A DNA stretch of 64,000 bases from Bacteroidota bacterium (GCA_016718825.1 JADKCL010000006.1:57568-121567); one strand, 5' to 3'; shown: positions 9,174 to 18,588, counted from the first letter of the stretch. Notes: generated from the letters alone by a model not told the origin. Translations and numbers: made by a program.

Positions 9174-9638
9174 TCAAACCATCAAATACGGTGGGGCACG
9201 CAATCCTGAACACAGCGCATGCGGGGAAAGGTAGGTTTTCGGTTCGGAAGGAGGCTTGTCGTATGCGAAAACTAAACTACTGTCCGAAGTTTGAAGGCTT
9301 GGAGCCAAACAGCATACATCCAGCGTCGGCAATGGATCGCGATCGGCATTGTCACCACTGGTGATATAAACTTGGGATTCATGGACGTTGTGAGCGAAAT
9401 CATGATGGGATTGTTCAGGAAAGTCCGTCTGGGATTCGCCCTGATGATCAGCATGCTGATTCGAATCTTCCTGTTGACCCGCATGATAATGGTCGTGGTG
9501 GTGATCCCCGTGTTCATCATGTTCCTGCAGGGCAATCGCCAGTTGCGCGTCATGATGGTAATGCGGCACAAGGTTGTGTCCTAGCATCACCATATAGGCG
9601 AGCAGCAGAAAAAACAACGATGTGTATCTCTTGAGCAT
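9174..9638 (-). CDS. Histidine-rich small secreted or membrane-anchored protein, first gene of the efflux operon
   Basis: The preferred start is MLKRYTSLFFLLLAYMVMLG. It then has HNLVPHYHHD..HDEHGDHHHDHYH..HADHQGE. The C-terminal motifs DVCCLAP and GLRAPPYL resemble, from memory, the Bacteroidota HYC_CC_PP small-protein family. That resemblance is unverified. Confidence 0.6.
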   Translation of the reverse strand: MLKRYTSLFFLLLAYMVMLGHNLVPHYHHDAQLAIALQEHDEHGDHHHDHYHAGQQEDSNQHADHQGESQTDFPEQSHHDFAHNVHESQVYITSGDNADRDPLPTLDVCCLAPSLQTSDSSLVFAYDKPPSEPKTYLSPHALCSGLRAPPYLMV

Positions 9639-9827
9639 GATCGATTGCGAAGTTAGCGATTTACTTGAGAATTGGCACACGTAATTCCAGAATCTTTTCA
9701 TCAACCAATCAAATGGCCGGAATTCTTACAACGAGCAATTGACTTGAATCGGAAGGATGGTGTTGGACGGAAGGCTTCCGACTTACCCGCATGGCCCCCC
9801 GGTTCCAACCGCCAAGAACGCCAAGCG

Positions 9828-9858
9828 CCGCAAGGTCTGGTTTCTTTTGACTTTGCGG
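9828..9858. repeat. Hairpin copy of the GCCGCAAAGTC word
   Basis: The arms are CCGCAAGGTC (9828-9837) and GACTTTGCGG (9849-9858), with one G-U position. It is followed by ATCTTTT. Confidence 0.5.
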
Positions 9859-9967
9859 ATCTTTTACGTGCGAGCTGTTTCCGTCTTCCCCGTTTTATTT
9901 CCCTCTTGTCAATGCCTAAAAAACATTGACCGTATTGTCTCCATTCGATCTTCGTGACTTCTCGCTT

Positions 9968-10017
9968 CCCGTTCCGTTGTTGGGGCTCAAAATTTTGAGC
10001 CCCAACAACGGAACGGG
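9968..10017. terminator. Perfect 50-nt palindrome (25-bp arms) downstream of the SBBP gene: terminator or REP-like element
   Basis: The sequence is CCCGTTCCGTTGTTGGGGCTCAAAA|TTTTGAGCCCCAACAACGGAACGGG. I checked base by base that it is its own reverse complement. It lies 51 nt past the stop of the 10068-13748 gene. Confidence 0.7.
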
Positions 10018-10067
10018 ACAACCCCAAAATCACAATTCCCCTGAGAAGCGATCGCAGCCCAAGACCC

Positions 10068-13000
10068 TCACCGAATGACCAGCTTTTTCACAACCACCCC
10101 CTCGGCATCTGCGATCTTGACAAAATAGACGCCGGTGGCGGCAGGATCGAGGGAAATGTCGAGCCGCAATTTGCCCACGTCCAGGGTGGGGCTCCAAAAC
10201 GCGAGGATTTGGTCATGCACATTTGTGATTTCCACGGATGCTTGCCAGCCCGAAAGGCCGCTTGCTTCCAGGTGGAAATCGCCATGGTTGGGATTCGGGA
10301 AGAGCGCAATATGCCGATCAAGCATCGCCGACCAACCGACCACGACGATGCTCTGTGCGATGGTGTCGCTGCCACAAGAATTGGCGACGATCAACTGCAC
10401 GACGTAGTTGCCGGAGGCCGCATACGTATGGGTTGGGTTTTGCAGGTTGCTCGTGTTCCCATCCCCAAAATCCCATGCCCAAGTCGTGGGCGTACCCGTG
10501 GAAACATCGGTAAAGGTATAATCCAGGCCGTTGCCGGGGTTTTGCACAAAGTTGAAGTTCGCGATCGCGGTTGGCAAGGTGGCGACGGTAATCGTTGTGC
10601 TGCCATTGCAACCGTTGCCACTCGTGACCGTGACCATATACGCGCCTGCCATCGCCGCAGCGACGTTGCCCAAGATGGGATTTTGCAGTGTCGAACTGAA
10701 GCCATTCGGCCCGGTCCAGGCGTAGGTATTGCCGCCATTCGCCATGAGAAAAAGGGTGTCGCCCTCGCATACGGGCGTATTGCTGCTCGCGGCGGCGCTC
10801 GGCGATGGCATCAATGTGAGCGTGACCGGCGTGCGTGCGGTGCTGATGCAGCCGGCACTCGTGACCCAGGCTTCGGCATAATAGGTGGCGGTGGCGCCGC
10901 TCGTCGGCCGGAAATTGTTTCCCCTGATGCCTGACACCGTGCCACTCGCAACCGCGCCGCCGGTGGGCGCTGTAAACCAATAGATCATTTGCCCCACAGG
11001 CGGAGCGTTTACGGCAAGGATGGGGATGGGTGTTCCCGCGCAATAGCTCGCATTGACCGGTGCCGAAGGTGTGGCGGGCGTGGCCAAGAAAGCCACCGTG
11101 ACGGAGCTTGTCGCGGTGCATCCGTTGACACTGGTCACCGTGACGGCATAATTGCCGGCTTGGGTCGGTGCAAAGTTGGAGATCGATGGAAATTGAATGT
11201 TGGAAGTGAAGCCCGCCGGCCCCGACCAACTGTAGGCAATGTTGGGGGTCGCAGCCAAGGTGAGCGTGCCCCCTTGGCAGACGGGACTGTTGGAGGAGGC
11301 CACCACCGTGGGGCTCGTAAGCTGGGTCAGGGTGACGGGAAGGCGCGTACCCGTGGAACAGGGTAAGCTTGTCCTGTTGGTTTCTGCATAATAGGTAAAT
11401 GTAGCAGGGTTGCTGGGCAGGAAGGAATTGCCACGCGTGCCCAGGACGGTGCCGGTGGCGATGCTGCCGCCGACAGCGGCTGTGTACCAGAGGATGGTGT
11501 CACCCACCGCAGGAATGGCCACAGATATCGGCGGGATGGGCGTGCCAGCGCAATGACTGGCATGGACAGCGCCTGTAGCCGGGGCCGGTGGCGTGCACGC
11601 GCCTTGCGTGATTTTGGCGAGGAATGCATCGTATGTGCCTCCCCCGAAGACCGTTTGATGCGGGCCCGTCATCCCTCCAACGATGGTTGTATTGCCGAGG
11701 ATGAAGATGGAATAGTTGTTGATCGCATGCAACCCGTAAATGTAGGTATTGTAGGGAAACCCCAAATAGGTTCCCCAAATCCTGTTTCCTGCGGGATCAA
11801 ATTTGACGATGTAGGAATCCCTATAATTCGTGAGGACATTTTGATAGCCGCCCGAGGCAATGAATCTGGTAGATTGGGTGAAGCCTCCCAAATAGACATT
11901 GGAAGCGGCATCGGTGCAGACGGCGGTACCATAATCCCGCATCGTATCACCGTAATAGGTGCCCCACAATCTGATCCCCGCCGAATTGAACTTCACCAAA
12001 ATGGCATCCCATCGTCCGCCGATTTGATTTTGATGGCCTCCGAATGCAATATTCGTGGGGCTTCTGGTTTGGCCTGCCAGATAGACATTGGCATTTTGGT
12101 CCAGGGCGAGATCGGGGTAGTCTTCAAGGGAGGTGTCGCCATAATATGTGGACCATAGCAAAGCGCCCAAGTCATTGAATTTTGCTACGAAGAGATCCGT
12201 ATTGCCGCCATAGACGGTTTGGTGGCCACCGGTCGCAATACCACTCGCACTTTCGGTGAAGCCAGCAGCGTAAATATTTCCGGCAGCATCGGATTCTAGC
12301 CTTGTGATACCATCATATTGCGACCCGCCAAAATAAGTGCCCCAGATTCGTACACCTGCAGCATTGAATTTGACGAGGTAGGCATCGGTTCCTCCCGCCA
12401 ATGTGTTTTGATAGCCCCCAGCGGCGATCCCGCTCGTGCTGTTGCCGCCGCCGGAAAGATACACGTTGCCAAGGGCATCCGTTGCAACCTCTTGACCGCC
12501 ATCCAGATCCGTTCCGCCATAATAAGTACCCCAGACCCTTATCCCAGCTGCATTGAATTTGACCAAGTAGGCGTCATGGTTGCCAGCCATCGTATTTTGA
12601 TGCCCCCCCGATGCAATGCCAAATGAGCTGCCTGAGATGCCGGAGAGATATACATTGCCGAGCAGGTCGGTGGCCACGCCACTGCCGCTTTCGAAATCAA
12701 ACCCACCATAATAGGTTGCCCAGATTCGGTTTCCATTCGTGTCAAATTTTGCAACAAAGCCGTCCCAATATCCTCCCATGGTGTTTTGATGTCCTCCCAT
12801 GGAAATGCCGTTGGTACTCGACGTCATACCAGCAAGGTAGAGGACGGAATTGCCAAATGAAGTGATCCGATAACCATTTTCCTCGGCTGCGCCGCCATAG
12901 TACGACGCCCAAGCCAGTGCGGGATCGATCACCAGCGTCTGCATGCTGTCGTAGGGCCCAAGCTCAAAGGTCAGCTCCCCGTCCAAGAGCTTGAATTGCG

Positions 13001-13748
13001 TGCCCACGGGTGCGCCATCCGCTGAGAACGAAACAGGTGCGTCCTCCGTGATTTCACCCATCGGCGTAGCCAACTTGAGCTTGCCATCCTCCAGGAGCGT
13101 GCTGGCTGTTGCACCTTTGTATTGCATTCGAATGCGATGGGGATCAGCCCCGGGATGTACGATGAAGTCGTATTTCAAGCCGCCTTCATGGCTGTAAATC
13201 ACCCAGTCGATGCCGGGATAAACATCCATCAGCGTGATTTTACTGTAGGCCTGCACCTCCAAAATTCCATCTGGCGCATCGGGGGTATTGTAGTAGTTTT
13301 CATAATAGCCCGTGGCAGTCCCTCGCATGATTTGCGGCGTTGCATTGCTCCCGACCAGATCAAGATCCAGGCGGTAGGTCTCCTTGAGCGTCGGCTCGGG
13401 CTTCTCAAAATCCTTCAAGACCGCAGGGCGCCCCGGGTCCATCGCGGGTGCAGCCTCCTGCTTTTCAAACTGAAAGGAAATACCTGTAGGACGCACCGCG
13501 ACTTTCATGCCGCCATTTTGCCCCAAAAAGAGCACGTCCGGCCGCGGGTTGCCCTCCAAATCGGTCACTTGCCCCTTGTTTTCCATCAGGCGCATCGTCG
13601 GGGAGGACATCTGCGGATTGATTCCCGCTGCGGGGGATTCGTTGCCAGCGCGCTGAATGGCAAAATCAAGCAAAGGAGCATCAGGGATTTGAGCCAAGGC
13701 CGCGATTTCAGCCGCGTGAAAGCAAAGCCAGAGGCATTCATTGCCCAA
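10068..13748 (-). CDS. Large secreted SBBP beta-propeller-repeat protein with duplicated Ig-like modules, a PKD domain and a T9SS C-terminal sorting domain
   Basis: This is a 1226-aa ORF with a TTG start. It has an N-terminal MENKGQ motif. About 8 repeats fit the pattern YGG..D.G..VATD..GNVYL.G (SBBP). Two ~165-aa modules follow (CAGTPIP...WY/WF.A..GG), then a PKD-like WDFGDGNTS region. The C-terminus LFPNPNHGDFHLE...YFVKI...LVIR is T9SS-CTD-like. Confidence 0.85.
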   Translation of the reverse strand: MGNECLWLCFHAAEIAALAQIPDAPLLDFAIQRAGNESPAAGINPQMSSPTMRLMENKGQVTDLEGNPRPDVLFLGQNGGMKVAVRPTGISFQFEKQEAAPAMDPGRPAVLKDFEKPEPTLKETYRLDLDLVGSNATPQIMRGTATGYYENYYNTPDAPDGILEVQAYSKITLMDVYPGIDWVIYSHEGGLKYDFIVHPGADPHRIRMQYKGATASTLLEDGKLKLATPMGEITEDAPVSFSADGAPVGTQFKLLDGELTFELGPYDSMQTLVIDPALAWASYYGGAAEENGYRITSFGNSVLYLAGMTSSTNGISMGGHQNTMGGYWDGFVAKFDTNGNRIWATYYGGFDFESGSGVATDLLGNVYLSGISGSSFGIASGGHQNTMAGNHDAYLVKFNAAGIRVWGTYYGGTDLDGGQEVATDALGNVYLSGGGNSTSGIAAGGYQNTLAGGTDAYLVKFNAAGVRIWGTYFGGSQYDGITRLESDAAGNIYAAGFTESASGIATGGHQTVYGGNTDLFVAKFNDLGALLWSTYYGDTSLEDYPDLALDQNANVYLAGQTRSPTNIAFGGHQNQIGGRWDAILVKFNSAGIRLWGTYYGDTMRDYGTAVCTDAASNVYLGGFTQSTRFIASGGYQNVLTNYRDSYIVKFDPAGNRIWGTYLGFPYNTYIYGLHAINNYSIFILGNTTIVGGMTGPHQTVFGGGTYDAFLAKITQGACTPPAPATGAVHASHCAGTPIPPISVAIPAVGDTILWYTAAVGGSIATGTVLGTRGNSFLPSNPATFTYYAETNRTSLPCSTGTRLPVTLTQLTSPTVVASSNSPVCQGGTLTLAATPNIAYSWSGPAGFTSNIQFPSISNFAPTQAGNYAVTVTSVNGCTATSSVTVAFLATPATPSAPVNASYCAGTPIPILAVNAPPVGQMIYWFTAPTGGAVASGTVSGIRGNNFRPTSGATATYYAEAWVTSAGCISTARTPVTLTLMPSPSAAASSNTPVCEGDTLFLMANGGNTYAWTGPNGFSSTLQNPILGNVAAAMAGAYMVTVTSGNGCNGSTTITVATLPTAIANFNFVQNPGNGLDYTFTDVSTGTPTTWAWDFGDGNTSNLQNPTHTYAASGNYVVQLIVANSCGSDTIAQSIVVVGWSAMLDRHIALFPNPNHGDFHLEASGLSGWQASVEITNVHDQILAFWSPTLDVGKLRLDISLDPAATGVYFVKIADAEGVVVKKLVIR

Positions 13749-13843
13749 GAGAAAACCCTGCCAAGGGTAGAAAAATCATTGTGTTGTTTCATGTCTAGTA
13801 AATTGAATGGTTCCAATTTAGTAAATAAAATGCGTATCGGGAA

Positions 13844-14520
13844 CTTTACCAGCAGCTTGGAAAAACCATTTGTCATTTCGACCGAAGTGGTCGAGGCAGC
13901 GAAGCGACGCGACCACGCAGCGGAGAAATCTAGCGCCTCTTGTAGCACCTCCTGTCTAACCATAAGACGGTTAGGTAGCACATTTCAGCGGTACTTCATC
14001 ACCAATCCGGTCATGCGGAGGTGTATCGTGAGGCGCCAGATTTGCTCATCAGCGCCTTTCTTTCAAAGGAATTCACGGGTGCTTCGCAATTCTCCGCTTC
14101 GTCTTTGGATATTTGCTGCGGCTCCTTCGGAGCCTTGCAAATACCCAAAGACTCCGGTCGAAATGACAAACGACTTGGCTTAGTGGCAATCTTCCAGATA
14201 AGTATATTTTACATTATTGTGCTTATCAGGAACTTTACCAGTGAATTTTTTAAGTAAAATCAAGGGGTCACCTATATAAGCTGTTCGAGGTACCAACCCC
14301 GAAGGGGTTGATCTGTGGATAGCCCACAGTGAAACTGGGGGTAGCGAGCATCCCCCAAAGTTTCAATCCGCCGCGGCGGAGTTGACAATTAAGGAGGATC
14401 GCCAACCCCGGACTTCATCCGGGGCTATCCACAGGTCAAGCCCTTCGGGCTTGGAAGGTAGAATCCTGCCCCATTCTGGTTTTACTGGTCAAGTTCCCGA
14501 TAGGCATTTACATTATTGTA
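13844..14520. repeat. Cluster of nested inverted and direct repeats (MITE/REP-like) in the divergent intergenic region
   Basis: An 18-mer TATC(G/A)GGAACTT(T/G)ACCAG occurs at 13844-13861 and 14224-14241 (direct) and at 14486-14503 (inverted). The 16-bp inverted repeat TTTGTCATTTCGACCG (13869-13884) / CGGTCGAAATGACAAA (14155-14170) brackets a ~300-bp imperfect palindrome. A 165-bp element at 14292-14456 has 34-nt terminal inverted repeats. Confidence 0.75.
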
Positions 14521-14709
14521 GTAGCCCAATCCCCCTGATTCAGCGGTCGTTTTGTGGCTGCACGTCGATCCCCCAATCAAGCATTTATGTAACAATCCCC
14601 CCCGCTGCGTGTAACGCGCTATCGCGATGCATGCCCCAACTTTGCAGTGGGAGAGTGGCTCTATTGGGCTGCTTATGTTTTTGACCCCTTCGGGTCCATC
14701 TGAATATAA

Positions 14710-16338
14710 ATGAAAATGATTATGAAATTTGTACAAAAGATAATGGCAGCGCCTTTTTTGCTGATGCCAATGCTTGCGCTTGCACAGGCCCCAACCTTGG
14801 GTTCGGCGGCTGACTTTGCGCTTTTTTCTACCGCAGGTGCGGTGACCAACTCCGGCATCTCACAGGTGACGGGCAATGTTGGCAGCAACAACGGCTCGAG
14901 TACGGGCTTTGGCAATGTCAACGGCGGCATGCATGACATGGATGGGGTTTCGGCGCTGTGTGCTGCGGACGTGCTCATCGCTTACAATCAACTGAACGGA
15001 ACCATCCCCACAGGCAATCTTGCGCCATTGTTGGGCAACGGTGTCACCTTGACAGCCGGGGTTTATGCCGTCTCAGGTGCAGCGACTTTGGGAGGAACAT
15101 TAACTTTGGATGGACTGAACAATCCGAATGCGGTTTTCATCTTTCAAATTCAAGGTTCGTTGTCTGCCGGTGCAGGCACACGTGTGATGCTGACCAATGG
15201 GGCATTGGCTTGCAATGTTTTCTGGAAAGTCGAAGGTTTGGTCAGTGTCGCCTCCGGATCGGTGATGCGTGGCACGATCATCGCCAACAATGCCGCGATC
15301 GAATTGAACACCGGCGACACCTTGGAAGGTCGCGCACTCTCTACTGCAGGGGCGGTGACCATTGACGGCGCCTTGGTTTATACGCCGATTGGTTGCGGTA
15401 GCCCCGTGCTGAACGGCCCGACGGCGCCTACCTTGGGTACCGTCGAATGTTATGCCATTTTCTCGGGTGACGGCAGTGTCACGAATTCGGGAATCACGAC
15501 CGTGTTGGGCGATGTCGGTTGCAATACCGGACCGACGACAGGTTTTGACAGCCTGCTTGTGAATGGCACAATCCATCCGCTACCTGACGGATCCACAGCC
15601 GCTTGCGCTGCCGATTTGTTGCTGATGTACCAACAAATGAACCTGATGGCCACCGACATCGAATTGCTCTATCCGATTCAGTTTGGCCGCAATTTGGTCT
15701 TGACGCCGCATGCTTACCTGTTGGATGCTGCGACGACCTTGACCGACAGCGTCTATTTGAATGCGCTGGGCAATCCCAATGCAGTGTTTGTGATGAAGAT
15801 CAACGGTGCGTTTACCGCAGCTGCCAATTCGAAGGTGCTGCTGATCAACGGTGCGGATGCCAAAAATGTCTATTGGTTGGTCGAAGGCGCAGCCGACATC
15901 AACAACTATTCCATCTTCAACGGCACGATTCTCTGCAACAATGGCGCTTTGGGTGCCTTTAATACAGGTGTAGTGATCAACGGCCGCGTGCTCACGACAG
16001 CCGGCGCCTTGACGACGACTGCAATTGACGCCAATCCGGTGATCACACCTGGAAATTGCGGTCCGGTCGGGATCCCTGCGGATGCGATGCATGCAGATGA
16101 CGAAGTGTTGGTCTATCCCAATCCATTCGTCGTAGGCCAAAGCCTGATGGTCGAGCAGCTTGCGCAAAGGCAAACCTCCATCAGGATGTACAATGCCATG
16201 GGGGCCGAAGTGCTGAATCAGACATTGACACAAGGAACGCAGTCCATTGCCACGCAAAACCTCGCGGCGGGAATCTACTTCTACAAGGTTTTGGAAAATG
16301 ATCGCCTGCTGCAATCAGGAAAGCTGATCGCGCGATAG
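14710..16338 (+). CDS. Ice-binding-family (DUF3494) protein with two tandem DUF3494 domains and a T9SS C-terminal domain
   Basis: It has a signal peptide. APTLGSAADFALFSTAGAVTNSG...TGNVG occurs once, then the second copy APTLGTVECYAIFSGDGSVTNSG...LGDVG. The C-terminus is LVYPNPF...GIYFYKV...LIAR. Confidence 0.85.
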   Translation: MKMIMKFVQKIMAAPFLLMPMLALAQAPTLGSAADFALFSTAGAVTNSGISQVTGNVGSNNGSSTGFGNVNGGMHDMDGVSALCAADVLIAYNQLNGTIPTGNLAPLLGNGVTLTAGVYAVSGAATLGGTLTLDGLNNPNAVFIFQIQGSLSAGAGTRVMLTNGALACNVFWKVEGLVSVASGSVMRGTIIANNAAIELNTGDTLEGRALSTAGAVTIDGALVYTPIGCGSPVLNGPTAPTLGTVECYAIFSGDGSVTNSGITTVLGDVGCNTGPTTGFDSLLVNGTIHPLPDGSTAACAADLLLMYQQMNLMATDIELLYPIQFGRNLVLTPHAYLLDAATTLTDSVYLNALGNPNAVFVMKINGAFTAAANSKVLLINGADAKNVYWLVEGAADINNYSIFNGTILCNNGALGAFNTGVVINGRVLTTAGALTTTAIDANPVITPGNCGPVGIPADAMHADDEVLVYPNPFVVGQSLMVEQLAQRQTSIRMYNAMGAEVLNQTLTQGTQSIATQNLAAGIYFYKVLENDRLLQSGKLIAR

Positions 16339-16667
16339 GTTTTTCAGGCCTGCCTAACGATGTCCGGTAACCTTGACGGGTTGTCGGACATTGTTGGGTT
16401 GGTTGGCTTGGCCCCAGTAAAGGAGAAGGAAACGGGAAATTTCGGGAACCCCAGAACCACAAATTGTATCGGCATCGCATGGCCCTCCCGTCCGAAGTCA
16501 TTGATTTTCACTGCAAATCCTCTCATTTGGCCAATGGAGGGCATTCGCTAGGATACCACGCTTGAATAGTCGACCTTTAGAAGAAATCGTGATTTTTCGC
16601 GGATCCTGGAGCAGTTGGCAATCTCTTCGGACGTTGGATTTGATGGTATAGTTTAATCGAAGGAGAA

Positions 16668-17873
16668 TTGAAATTTATGAGTAATGAGCAGGATCCATCT
16701 AAAATTCTCAGAAGGCGATACATCCCGACTGCCGAATTTTACAGCCAAATTATCGACAGCCTTCAGGACTATTCGATCTTCACGCTGGATTTGGATTATA
16801 CGATCAACAGTTGGAGCAGCGGCTCGGTGAAAATCTTTGGCTACGAAACCGATGAGGTGATCGGCTTGCCATTTAATTTGATCTTCACCGAGGAAGACAT
16901 TCAAAGCGGGATTCCTCAGGGCGAAATAGAGACAGCCTTGCGCGACGGTCGTGCGACCGACAACCGATGGCACATCGCCAAGGACCGCAGCCTGTTTTAT
17001 GCTTACGGGTTGGTATTTCCACTGACGGGAATCGATGGTGAGCTGTTGGGCTACGTCAAAATTTTGCGGGACTTGACGGATCGTAAAATGTCTGAGGATG
17101 CGATCAAAAAGTATGTCAAGGAACTGGAGGACCTCAATACGCACAAGGAGAGCGTGTTGGCCATTCTTTCCCACGATTTGCGTTCGCCACTCTCTGCCAT
17201 CATCGGCACGGCAAAGTATCTGAAGGACAACTTTGAAAAGATGGATCCGGAGGTCGTCAAAGAGATGCTGGAGCTACTGTACAAGTCTTCGGTAGACGAA
17301 TTGGACATGCTGGATTATTTGGTCGAATGGGCGCGGATCAAATATGCGACCGATACGTTTTCGCCCACCAAGATCAAACTGACGAGTTATATCAACCGCG
17401 TATTTGAGACGCTCAACGAGTCAGCAGCCATCAATGCCGTCAATCTTCACCAAGAAGTGGAGGAAAATGTTTCTGTTTTTGCAGACGGGAAAATGTTGAT
17501 TTCGATCATCCAAAACATTGTTTCCAATGCCATCAAGCATACAAAACAAGGTGGATCGATCACTGTGTCGGCCTTGGAAAAAGACGGACGGATCATTGTA
17601 AGGATCAAAGACACGGGCATAGGAATGTCCAGTGAAATCCAGAAAAAGCTGTTTAGCCCGCAGATTAAGTCCCTTTCGGCAGCAAGAAAGGAAAACAAAG
17701 GCGCAGGCATCGGATTGTTGTTGGTAAAAGGCTTTCTGGAAAAAAACGGGGGCGAAATCTGGGTGGAAAGCATCGAAGGAGAGGGGTCTTCCTTCTACTT
17801 TACGTTACCCATCGACAAGCCGGAGTTTAAAATTGAAAGTGTAGAGGATATTGCATTTGATGAAAACGCTTGA
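16668..17873 (+). CDS. PAS-domain sensor histidine kinase
   Basis: A PAS region (SIFTLDLDYTINSWSSGSVKIFGY) is followed by the H-box LSHDLRSPLSAIIG and HATPase motifs (DTGIGM, GAGIGLLLVKGFLEKNGG). Confidence 0.9.
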   Translation: MKFMSNEQDPSKILRRRYIPTAEFYSQIIDSLQDYSIFTLDLDYTINSWSSGSVKIFGYETDEVIGLPFNLIFTEEDIQSGIPQGEIETALRDGRATDNRWHIAKDRSLFYAYGLVFPLTGIDGELLGYVKILRDLTDRKMSEDAIKKYVKELEDLNTHKESVLAILSHDLRSPLSAIIGTAKYLKDNFEKMDPEVVKEMLELLYKSSVDELDMLDYLVEWARIKYATDTFSPTKIKLTSYINRVFETLNESAAINAVNLHQEVEENVSVFADGKMLISIIQNIVSNAIKHTKQGGSITVSALEKDGRIIVRIKDTGIGMSSEIQKKLFSPQIKSLSAARKENKGAGIGLLLVKGFLEKNGGEIWVESIEGEGSSFYFTLPIDKPEFKIESVEDIAFDENA

Positions 17874-17985
17874 GGCATGCCTCATTGCGATCTGTGAATA
17901 ATGCAACAATCTGCTTTTGGAGTATAAGCCCTCCACCATGGAATGGGCATAGATTTGAAATGAGGGGAACTAAAATTATCGCCGA

Positions 17986-18588
17986 TTGAAATTATACATC
18001 AAATACATGGTGAGCAACCGCTGCAAAATGGCGGTGAAGGAAGAGTTGAAGAAGCTGGGCCTGCACTTTGTGTTGGTCGAGCTGGGCGAAGTGGATACCA
18101 TGGAAGAGCTCACAAAAGAGCAACGCGATCAACTCAATGAAGGATTGCGTAGCTCCGGCTTGGAATTGATGGACAACAAACGGGCGGTGCTCATCGAACG
18201 CATCAACAATGTCATCACAGAGATGATCCACCATTCGGAGGAAATGCCCAAGGTCAATTATTCCGATTTCATTGCTGAAAAGCTCGGTTACGATTATACC
18301 TACCTCAGCAATACCTTCTCCGAAGTCAAAGGCATCACCATTCAACAATTCATCATCCTGCACAAAATTGAGCGCGTCAAGGAATTGTTGCTGTATGAAG
18401 AACTGAACCTCACCGAAATTTCCTATAAAATGCACTACAGCAGCGTAGCGCACCTTTCCAATCAATTCAAAAAGGTCACAGGACTTACGCCGTCGGCTTT
18501 TAAGCAACTTAAAGAGCACCGCCGCAGTCCGATTGAGGATGTAGGGAAAACCCTTCCCGCAATGAATTCAAACACAGAAAATGAGTAA
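17986..18588 (+). CDS. AraC-family transcriptional regulator
   Basis: The start is TTG. The N-terminus MKLYIKYMVSNRCKMAVKEELKKLG is typical of a Bacteroidota AraC subfamily. The C-terminal HTH_18 region reads LNLTEISYKMHYSSVAHLSNQFKKVTGLTPSAF. Confidence 0.85.
   Translation: MKLYIKYMVSNRCKMAVKEELKKLGLHFVLVELGEVDTMEELTKEQRDQLNEGLRSSGLELMDNKRAVLIERINNVITEMIHHSEEMPKVNYSDFIAEKLGYDYTYLSNTFSEVKGITIQQFIILHKIERVKELLLYEELNLTEISYKMHYSSVAHLSNQFKKVTGLTPSAFKQLKEHRRSPIEDVGKTLPAMNSNTENE

Noticed and set aside
13586-13981. I considered the 131-aa minus-strand ORF, containing MKQHNDFSTLGRVF..., as an N-terminal extension or frameshifted start of the SBBP gene.
   Set aside because: It is in a different frame and runs through the repeat cluster. 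The SBBP frame has its own TTG start followed by a plausible signal (LWLCFHAAEIAALAQ) and the N-terminal ENKGQ motif. No indel is needed.
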